Below, in pieces: positions 57,195 to 64,000 of a stretch of DNA of 64,000 nucleotides. Every line of letters begins with the position of its first letter. Positions within the stretch are counted from its first letter, which is position 1. The position numbers and the translations under genes are program-made. Under the pieces are notes generated by a model. That model had not been told where the DNA came from. It saw nothing but the letters and a program-made list of their open reading frames with translations, and did not search any database. This stretch comes from Alphaproteobacteria bacterium (GTDB lineage Bacteria > Pseudomonadota > Alphaproteobacteria > GCA-2731375): positions 1,952,001 through 2,016,000 of the forward strand of contig CBDDPY010000002.1 in the NCBI GenBank assembly GCA_965232515.1. Reading direction: 5' to 3'.

Positions 57195-58523
57195 TCACTT
57201 CAGCTCCGGCAGCCAGACGCCGTGCGCGTCGATCAGGTCGTCGACCAGCTGCCAGATCTCGTCCAGCGACAGCTCCGCCCCGGTGTGCGGGTCCAGCATG
57301 GCGGCGTGATAGACATGCTCGCGCTTGGCCGTCACCAGCGCCTCGACCACCAGCGACTGCACGTTGATCTGGGTCTGCATCAGGGCCGCCAGGTGCGGCG
57401 GGATGCAACCCACCACCATCGGCGAGACGCCATCCTCATCGACCTGGCACGGCACCTCGACACAGGCCTCGACCGGCAGGTTCGTGATGTAGCCGTCATT
57501 CGGCACGTTGCCGTTGATGGTGATCGCCTCGTCCGTGACGATGGCGTGGATGATCCGGGCGGCATATTCCTGACTCGGTTCGCAAAGCGGCAGGTCGCCA
57601 TCCAGCAGCGCGCGCTCCTGCGTCTCCCAGGCCGCGATCTGCGCCTCGCAGCGCGCCAGATAGGCGTCCAGCGGAATCTCGAACCGCTCGATCAGATCGG
57701 GCCGGTCGCGCTTGATGAACCAGGGCACGTATTCGGCGAAGTGCTCGCTCGACTCGGTGACGAAATAGCCGAGCCGCCGCAGCATCTCGTAGCGCACGTG
57801 ATTGGCGCAGCCCTCATCGTTGCGCGAGTAGGATCGGGCGTCGGCGAGCGCGCGCAGGCGTGGATAGAGGTCTTCCACGGTGCCGTCCACGTGCCGCTTC
57901 TCGAAGCGGTCATAGAAGGCGACGTGATTGATGCCGGCGCAGCGGTAGTCGATCGCCGCGGGATCCTCGCCGAGGTCCGCGGCGAGCTGCCGCGCCGTGC
58001 CCTGCACCGAATGGCAGAGGCCGACGACATCGACTTCCGGCGCCAGCCGATTGAGCGCCATGCAATTAATCGCCATGGGATTGACGTATTGCAGCATCGG
58101 CGCGCCGGGACAGACCTCGGCCATGTCGCGGGCGATGTCGACCAGCACCGGTACGGTCCTGAGGCCGCGCATGATGCCGCCGACGCCCAGCGTGTCGCCG
58201 ATCGTCTGCCGCAACCCGTATCTCTTCGGGATCTCGAAATCGATCACCGTGCCGGGCCGGTAGCCGCCGACCTGGATCATCACGATGACGAAATCGGCAC
58301 CGGCCAGCGCTTCGCGCCTGTCGAGCGTGCAGGTGATGGTCGCCCGGCTGCCGGTACCGGCGGCGAGCTTTCGCGCCACCGCGTCCGACGTCTTCAGCCG
58401 CGCCCCGTCGATGTCGTGCAGCGCGATGTGGCAGGACGTGAGGGTCTCGTCCAGCATGACGTCGGTCACGATGTTGCGCATGAACACCGTGCTGCCGGCG
58501 CCGATGATGCAGATGCGTGTCAC
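57195..58523 (-). CDS. melA: NAD+-dependent alpha-galactosidase (GH4)
   Basis: Motifs IGAGSTVF, QTIGDTLG, YVNPM, GLCHSVQGT, AGINH and TESSEH; GTG start at 58523. Confidence 0.9.
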   Translation of the reverse strand: MTRICIIGAGSTVFMRNIVTDVMLDETLTSCHIALHDIDGARLKTSDAVARKLAAGTGSRATITCTLDRREALAGADFVIVMIQVGGYRPGTVIDFEIPKRYGLRQTIGDTLGVGGIMRGLRTVPVLVDIARDMAEVCPGAPMLQYVNPMAINCMALNRLAPEVDVVGLCHSVQGTARQLAADLGEDPAAIDYRCAGINHVAFYDRFEKRHVDGTVEDLYPRLRALADARSYSRNDEGCANHVRYEMLRRLGYFVTESSEHFAEYVPWFIKRDRPDLIERFEIPLDAYLARCEAQIAAWETQERALLDGDLPLCEPSQEYAARIIHAIVTDEAITINGNVPNDGYITNLPVEACVEVPCQVDEDGVSPMVVGCIPPHLAALMQTQINVQSLVVEALVTAKREHVYHAAMLDPHTGAELSLDEIWQLVDDLIDAHGVWLPELK

Positions 58524-58708
58524 AACCCGGTTCCTTGCCCAGGCCGACCGTCCACGCCATGGATGGCGGTCGGATGCGGTGTGAAATCCAGACGACTTAA
58601 TCCTGCTTTCACGCCGTCGGCGTCCCGTCAAACGACAAAAGAATCCGGGATTCTATGATTTTCACGTCTGTTCTTCCGGTTTATGCGTGAACGTGACACG
58701 ATGCGCCG

Positions 58709-59578
58709 ATGACCCGCGTCGACACCGACAACGTCCTCATCGAGGACTATCCGGATCGGTTCTTCGTGCAGCGCCACCGCCCCGTACCGATGCGCGCGAC
58801 CCACATCCATGGGCATATCGAGATCAACTTCCTCGAGGGCTGCGCCATTACCTATATGACGCCGGGCGGCACCCTCGTCGTGCCGCCGGACCGCATCATT
58901 GTGTTCTGGGGCCAGCTGCCGCACCGACTCGTCGCGGTCGACGGCGACGGCCTGATCACGGTTGTGTACATACCCTTCGGCGATTTCGCACGCTGGCCCT
59001 TGCCCGACCGGTTCTCACGCTCGTTGATGACCGGCGCCTTCCTATACGCCAACGACCACGATCCCGTCGACGCCGGCCGGTTCAGCCGCTGGCATGCCGA
59101 TGCCTGTTCCGGCGACGAAGTGCTGGTCGCGATCACCCGCGACGACGTGCAGCTGCGCCTGCGCCGTCTGGCCCATGCCGGCTGGCGCGAGACCAGTCCA
59201 GGCTGCGACAGCAAGTCCCGCGTACCGATGCGCAGCCTCACCCGCATCGAGGCCATGACCCGCTATATCGCCGACCATTACACCGAGCCGATCACCGTCG
59301 ACGACGTGGCCGCGCATGCCGGCGTGTCGAGCGCGTACGCCATGGCGCTGTTCAGCAAGAGCGTCGGCATGCCGATCGGCCGCTACATCACGCGCCTGCG
59401 GCTCGGACACGCGCAGGCCCTGCTGGTCGACACCGACGCCACGATCACCGCGATCGCCATGGATTCGGGCTTCCGCTCGATCTCGCGCTTCTACGAGGCT
59501 TTCAACGACGAGTTCGACACCACGCCGCGCGCCCACCGCCGGGCCGCGCGGCACCGCATGGCCGCCGCCACCGGATGA
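58709..59578 (+). CDS. melR: AraC family regulator, MelR-like
   Basis: HGHIEINF, FWGQLPH and a C-terminal AraC HTH (SGFRSISRFY); divergent from melA. Confidence 0.85.
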   Translation: MTRVDTDNVLIEDYPDRFFVQRHRPVPMRATHIHGHIEINFLEGCAITYMTPGGTLVVPPDRIIVFWGQLPHRLVAVDGDGLITVVYIPFGDFARWPLPDRFSRSLMTGAFLYANDHDPVDAGRFSRWHADACSGDEVLVAITRDDVQLRLRRLAHAGWRETSPGCDSKSRVPMRSLTRIEAMTRYIADHYTEPITVDDVAAHAGVSSAYAMALFSKSVGMPIGRYITRLRLGHAQALLVDTDATITAIAMDSGFRSISRFYEAFNDEFDTTPRAHRRAARHRMAAATG

Positions 59579-61182
59579 CAACCGCACCCGTCGACTGGTG
59601 GCGGGGCGCGGTGATCTATCAGATCTGCCCGCGCTCGTTTCAGGACAGCGATGGTAACGGCATCGGCGACCTGCAAGGCATTGTCCACCGCCTGCCCTAT
59701 GTCGCCGACCTCGGCGTCGACGCGATCTGGCTGTCGCCGTTCTTCAAATCACCCATGCAGGACTTCGGCTACGACGTCGCCGACTACCGGGCCGTCGATC
59801 CGCTGTTCGGCACGTCGGCGGATTTAGACGCGGTGGTGGCGACGGCGCACCGGCTCGGCCTCAAGGTCATCATCGATCAGGTGCTCAGCCACACCTCGGA
59901 CCGGCATCCCTGGTTCATCGACAGCCGCGCCGGCCGCGACAACCCGAAGGCCGGCTGGTACGTCTGGGCCGACGCGCGTCCCGACGGCGCTCCACCCAAC
60001 AACTGGCTCTCGCGCTTCGGCGGCGTCGCCTGGCGGTGGGAGCCGCGCCGCGGCCAGTACTATCTGCATAACTTCCTGCCGGCCCAGCCCGACCTGAACT
60101 TCCACAACCCTGATGTCCGGCAGGCGCAGTTGGACAACGTCCGCCACTGGCTCGACCGCGGTGTCGACGGCTTCCGCCTCGACGTGGTCAATTACTACTT
60201 CCACGACGCCGAGCTCAGATCCAATCCGCCGCGCGGCCCGGCGCCGCATCCCTACGACCGTCAGCGCCACCATTACGACAAGTCCCGGCCCGAGAACCTC
60301 GCCTTCCTCGAAGACCTCCGCGCCCTGCTCGACGGCTACCCCGGTACGACCCTGCTGGGCGAGATCGACGACGACCCCGACGTGTCATTGATGCGGATGG
60401 CGGAATACACCGCACCGGGCCGACGGCTGCACATGGGCTACACCTTCGATTTCCTGCGCGACAGCTTCTCGCCCGACTTCGTCCGGGAGTGCCTGGAGAC
60501 CTTCGACGCGACCGCCGGCCACGGCTGGCCCTGCTGGGCTTTCAGCAACCACGACGTTCCTCGCCACGTCGGTCGCTGGACGTCGAGCGCCGACGATCGG
60601 CCGCGCCTCGCCAAGCTCTGCGCCGCGCAATTGCTCAGCCTGCGCGGCTCGGTCTGCCTCTACCAGGGCGAGGAGCTCGGTCTCGCCGACGCCCAGCTCG
60701 CTTATGAGGATCTGGTCGACCCCTACGGCATCGAATTCTGGCCCGAGGCCGTCGGCCGCGACGGCTGCCGCACGCCCATGCCCTGGTGGCACGACCAACC
60801 GAACGGCGGCTTCTCGACGGCAAAGCCTTGGCTGCCGCTGCCGCCCGAACATCTGGCCCTCGCCGTCAACCGGCAGGCCGACGATCCGGAATCCGTTCTG
60901 AATGCCTACAAGGACCTGCTTGCCGTCCGCAAACGCCACCCCGCCCTGGTCGCGGGCGAGATCCGTTTCCTCCACAGCGACGACCGCCTGCTGGTGTTCG
61001 CGCGCGTGTCGGCGAACGAGACCATTCTCTGCGCCTTCAACTTCGGCACGGAACCGACGACCTGGTCCGCGCGATCCAGAAACCGCCTGACTCCGCTCGA
61101 CGGCCATGGCTTCGACGCGACCATCGCCGGTTCCGATGTCAACCTGCCGCCGTTCGGCGTGTTGTTCGCGTTGATGACTTGA
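59575..61182 (+). CDS. GH13 alpha-glucosidase
   Basis: Motifs WWRGAVIYQ, DFGYDV, DQVLSHTS, DGFRLD, SNHD, YQGEELG and RDGCRTPMPW; ATGA overlap with melR. Confidence 0.93.
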   Translation: MTTAPVDWWRGAVIYQICPRSFQDSDGNGIGDLQGIVHRLPYVADLGVDAIWLSPFFKSPMQDFGYDVADYRAVDPLFGTSADLDAVVATAHRLGLKVIIDQVLSHTSDRHPWFIDSRAGRDNPKAGWYVWADARPDGAPPNNWLSRFGGVAWRWEPRRGQYYLHNFLPAQPDLNFHNPDVRQAQLDNVRHWLDRGVDGFRLDVVNYYFHDAELRSNPPRGPAPHPYDRQRHHYDKSRPENLAFLEDLRALLDGYPGTTLLGEIDDDPDVSLMRMAEYTAPGRRLHMGYTFDFLRDSFSPDFVRECLETFDATAGHGWPCWAFSNHDVPRHVGRWTSSADDRPRLAKLCAAQLLSLRGSVCLYQGEELGLADAQLAYEDLVDPYGIEFWPEAVGRDGCRTPMPWWHDQPNGGFSTAKPWLPLPPEHLALAVNRQADDPESVLNAYKDLLAVRKRHPALVAGEIRFLHSDDRLLVFARVSANETILCAFNFGTEPTTWSARSRNRLTPLDGHGFDATIAGSDVNLPPFGVLFALMT

Positions 61183-61209
61183 CTAAAGACAGTCTTTAGG
61201 TGGCAGCAT
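61179..61209 (+). promoter_or_regulatory. MerR-type promoter with 19-bp spacer and perfect dyad
   Basis: TTGACT (61179-84), 19 nt, CAGCAT (61204-09); dyad CTAAAGAC-A-GTCTTTAG. Confidence 0.65.
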
Positions 61210-61243
61210 GTCCTGACCTTCACGGCAAGGGACGGATCGGACC

Positions 61244-61609
61244 ATGGCCGAGCAAACCGATACGCCGACGGTCGCATGCTCACTGACCGACGAAGCGCTA
61301 CGCCGCCGCCGGGCGATGTTGCGGGACTCGCTGCTGTCGCACCTCGCGGGCAGCGAGCGTTGGGATGCCGGTCTCCAACTGCGTTTTCCGGATACGACCG
61401 CGCTGCGTTCGCACCTTCAGACTTTCGTCGACCTGGAACGCCAATGCTGCGGCTTCCTGACCTTCACGATTACACCGGCCGAAAACCGGCTCGTGCTGAC
61501 GATCGAAGGCCCTCCGGCGGCGCAGCCAACGATCGACATGTTCACCACCTGGATCGACCAGGAAGAGACGCGGCGAAAGAAGACGCGGCATGACGGAACA
61601 GACCATTGA
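61244..61609 (+). CDS. Hypothetical Cys-motif protein (ACSL...ERQCCGFL)
   Basis: An N-terminal Cys and a vicinal CC pair suggest a thiol metal/metalloid site. Confidence 0.75.
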   Translation: MAEQTDTPTVACSLTDEALRRRRAMLRDSLLSHLAGSERWDAGLQLRFPDTTALRSHLQTFVDLERQCCGFLTFTITPAENRLVLTIEGPPAAQPTIDMFTTWIDQEETRRKKTRHDGTDH

Positions 61610-61811
61610 AGCCCTGGGCATCGCGGCGATCACGATCATGGTCGCGAGCTACGCGCTTGAGAACCGCAATCCGGTCTTCATCGCCATCTTCGCCGGCGGC
61701 TGCGCACTGGCGGCCGTCTACGCCCTTCTGATCGGGTCGATCCCGTTCCTGATCGCCGAAGGCATCTGGTCCGTCATCGCATTCCGACGCTGGCGCGCCG
61801 CCGTGCGCTGA
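61590..61811 (+). CDS. Small three-TM membrane protein
   Basis: MVASYALE...GC.LAAVY...PFLIAEGIWS.IA.RRW. Confidence 0.75.
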   Translation: MTEQTIEALGIAAITIMVASYALENRNPVFIAIFAGGCALAAVYALLIGSIPFLIAEGIWSVIAFRRWRAAVR

Positions 61812-61880
61812 TCGACATCCCGCAGAGGCGCCGGCTTCGCGATACAGAACCGTTAGGTTGACTGTTGATCTCACCGTGAT

Positions 61881-61904
61881 ATAGTGAACTTTATGGTTCA
61901 CTAT
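61881..61904. promoter_or_regulatory. Autoregulatory ArsR operator overlapping the start codon
   Basis: ATAGTGAAC-tttatg-GTTCACTAT. Confidence 0.68.
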
Positions 61905-62231
61905 CAAGACGCCCAACTCGACCAGGTCTTTTCCGCTCTCGGCGACCCGACGCGGCGGGCCATCCTGGCAACGTTGATGGAGGGGGAGCGCAAGGTCTCG
62001 GACTTCCCCGTCGCCGACAGCATGACCCTAACCGGCTTGTCGAAGCACGTGCGCGTGCTCGCGCGGGCCGGGCTGATCAGCCACGAGAAACGCGGCCGGG
62101 ACCGCATCTGCCGGCTGGAGCCGGCCGCCTTTAAGCAGGCCGCCGACTGGGTGGGTCAATACCGCCGGTTCTGGGAAAGCCAGATCGACCATCTCGAGGC
62201 CTTCCTCGCCACGGAAGGAGACGACGAATGA
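61893..62231 (+). CDS. ArsR/SmtB family regulator
   Basis: Motifs FSALGDPTRRAIL and SKHVRVLARAGLI. Confidence 0.92.
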   Translation: MVHYQDAQLDQVFSALGDPTRRAILATLMEGERKVSDFPVADSMTLTGLSKHVRVLARAGLISHEKRGRDRICRLEPAAFKQAADWVGQYRRFWESQIDHLEAFLATEGDDE

Positions 62232-62722
62232 TCGCCGCCAATCTCAACACGCCGGACGGCGACAGCGTGGTCCGGGTCTCCAGAACGCTGTCGGCGGCGC
62301 CGGCAACGGTGTTCGACGCCTGGGTCAATCCGGCCAAGCTGCAGCGCTGGTGGGCAGGCGAGGAGCGCATCGTCCGGATCCACGACCTCGACGCCAGGGT
62401 CGGCGGCGCCTGGCGTATCTCCTTCGACACGCCCGAGGGCAACCACTTCGAAATGCTGGGCGTCTACCAGGAGGTCGCGCCGCCGGACCGCCTGTCGTTC
62501 TCCTGGACCGCCGCCCGCAACGGCGAGGCGGGGGCGCAGTCCATGGTCGTGATCGAGTTTGCCCCGGCGGAGTCCGGCACCCTGCTGACGATCGCGCACC
62601 ACCTGCCAGCCGACGCGCCCGACGCCGCCAGCGTGCGGCCGGGCTGGGATAGCTCGCTCAACCGGCTCGGCCGCCTCATTGAGGCGGACGGCTTCGGCGA
62701 CGCGGACGACACGCCGGCATGA
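62228..62722 (+). CDS. SRPBCC/AHSA1 domain protein
   Basis: Motifs APATVFDAW, DARVGGAWR and GWDSSLNRL. Confidence 0.9.
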   Translation: MIAANLNTPDGDSVVRVSRTLSAAPATVFDAWVNPAKLQRWWAGEERIVRIHDLDARVGGAWRISFDTPEGNHFEMLGVYQEVAPPDRLSFSWTAARNGEAGAQSMVVIEFAPAESGTLLTIAHHLPADAPDAASVRPGWDSSLNRLGRLIEADGFGDADDTPA

Positions 62723-62768
62723 CGGTCTTTCGAGCCTTACGGCCAAACCTTCGGCAAGGAGCTATGTC

Positions 62769-63227
62769 ATGACGGCCAAGAGAAAGATCAAAACCGCGCT
62801 GTATGTCGTCGTCGCCCTCGCGCTTGGCGGCGCGCCGAACGCCGTCGGCGATGCCGCCGTGAACAGAGCTTTGGTGATCGACTATCTCCGCATGTTGTTC
62901 GGCGAGAAAAAGGTCGCCCAGGCCGTCGAGACTTACGCCGCCGACAACATCGTTCAGCACAACCCCAACATTGGCGACGGCCGCGAGCCGATCATCGCCT
63001 TCCTGGACGGTCTGATGGCTGCGCATCCGGCCGCGACGTGGGAGATCAAGCGCGTGGTCGCGGAAGGCGATCTGGTGGTCGTGCACACCCATCTCACCCT
63101 GTCGCCCGACGACCGTGGCATGGCGGTCGTCGACATCTTCCGCGTCGCCGACGGCAAGGTCGTCGAGCACTGGGACGTGCTGCAGCCCGTGCCGGCGCAG
63201 GCGGCGAACGACAATACGATGTTTTGA
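62769..63227 (+). CDS. SnoaL-like/NTF2 family protein, probably exported
   Basis: Motifs QHNPNIGDG, AEGDLVVVH, DIFRV and VEHWDV; signal-like N-terminus. Confidence 0.88.
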   Translation: MTAKRKIKTALYVVVALALGGAPNAVGDAAVNRALVIDYLRMLFGEKKVAQAVETYAADNIVQHNPNIGDGREPIIAFLDGLMAAHPAATWEIKRVVAEGDLVVVHTHLTLSPDDRGMAVVDIFRVADGKVVEHWDVLQPVPAQAANDNTMF

Positions 63228-63259
63228 CCGGCCATCCTTCTCACGCAAAGGGCACCGAG

Positions 63260-63661
63260 ATGACAGAGAAGAACGCCACACCTATCGCCGGCGGCTGCGC
63301 CTGCGGCGCGGTCCGCTATGCGTCGACCGCGAAACCGAGCTTCTCGCTCATTTGCCAGTGCCGGCAGTGCCAGCGGGCGACCGGCGGCGGCCACGCGACC
63401 GCCTTCGTGCTGCCGGCGGACGCGGTCATAGTCACCGGCGAGGTCCGGTTCTTCGATCAGCAGGCCGACAGCGGCAACACCGTCAGCCGCGGCTTCTGTC
63501 CGACCTGCGGCTCGCCGATGATGAACCGGAATTCCGGTTATCCGCAGTCGCTCTACGTGCACGCCGCGACCTTGGACGATCCAACCGCCTTCCGGCCCGA
63601 AACCGTGGTCTTCCGCTCGGCCGCCCAGCCATGGGACCATGTCGACCCCCGCCTGGATTAG
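63260..63661 (+). CDS. GFA (glutathione-dependent formaldehyde-activating)/CENP-V family protein
   Basis: Motifs GGCACGAVRY, CQCRQCQR and FCPTCGS. Confidence 0.92.
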   Translation: MTEKNATPIAGGCACGAVRYASTAKPSFSLICQCRQCQRATGGGHATAFVLPADAVIVTGEVRFFDQQADSGNTVSRGFCPTCGSPMMNRNSGYPQSLYVHAATLDDPTAFRPETVVFRSAAQPWDHVDPRLD

Positions 63662-63697
63662 CCACAGCCGCCCGGAACGACATTTCAGGGAGCATCC

Positions 63698-64000
63698 ATG
63701 TCCGCGTCCGAACCGATCGGCCCGGCGTCGCCGTTCTTTATCGTCCGAGACGTCGGCGTTGCGCTCGACTTCTACACGTCGTCCCTCGGCTTCGACTGCC
63801 GCTTCCGGACGCCGGCGCGGGAACCGTTCTTCGCCATCGTCGGCCGCGGCTCCGCGCAAGTCATGCTCAAGGCCATCGGGCGCGAGGTCGGACCGTTGCC
63901 CAATCCGGCGCGGCACGAATGGGCGGCCTGGGATGCCTTCATCCATGTCGCCGATCCCGACGCGCTGGCGACCGAGTTCGAGCGCCGCGGCACATCGTTC
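63698..64000 (+). CDS. VOC family protein (partial, runs off the window edge)
   Basis: Not in the track: MSASEPIGPASPFFIVRDVGVALDFYTSSLGF...WDAFIHVADPDALATEF; GGGAG SD. Confidence 0.82.
   Translation, partial: MSASEPIGPASPFFIVRDVGVALDFYTSSLGFDCRFRTPAREPFFAIVGRGSAQVMLKAIGREVGPLPNPARHEWAAWDAFIHVADPDALATEFERRGTSF

Noticed and set aside
306-58658. Many long antisense or alternate-frame ORFs (e.g. 306..1784, 3334..4968, 5871..7733, 11436..13352, 23989..25959, 34732..36333, 54522..56984, 57066..58658)
   Set aside because: They are shadows of real genes caused by high GC3 codon bias; they are Arg/Gly/Ala-rich and carry no family motifs.
1-64000. CRISPR arrays, tRNA/rRNA, IS elements, prophage or defence genes
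   Set aside because: No regularly spaced direct repeats, cloverleafs, or transposase, integrase or nuclease motifs were seen on either strand.

Overview
GC-rich bacterial chromosomal segment, most likely an alphaproteobacterium (Rhodospirillales-like), judged from REP-type repeats, an FNR/FixK box, Pho boxes and gene content. No rRNA, tRNA, CRISPR array, integrase or transposase is visible. Left to right: (1) a reductive pyridine-ring catabolic cluster on the minus strand (Mo-hydroxylase FAD and Fe-S/Mo subunits, 6-hydroxynicotinate reductase-like protein, ApbE-like UPF0280 protein, ATP-dependent hydantoinase A/B), flanked by korAB, a ferredoxin-NADP reductase that appears to start at ATT, and a NicR-like MarR regulator; (2) a TetR/cyclase/MBL hydrolase/FG-GAP operon divergent from a TRAP transporter and a kinase; (3) an MBL hydrolase, an FNR-box USP, an Hpt protein, an orphan fused E1 dehydrogenase, and a MerR regulator whose 19-bp-spacer promoter has no target gene; (4) a dpp-type ABC operon with a tandemly duplicated DppB, running into two class III cyclases; (5) a Pho-box ABC transporter split into two convergent halves around an orphan pstS; (6) a SufR-like regulator divergent from a Rieske plus His-rich helical protein; (7) small ORFs, a PAS kinase, ArsR-SRPBCC-GST, NnrU, a second TRAP system, a melibiose/alpha-glucoside cluster and a final ArsR-SRPBCC-SnoaL-GFA-VOC cluster. 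All calls come from reading motifs by eye; no database search was run.
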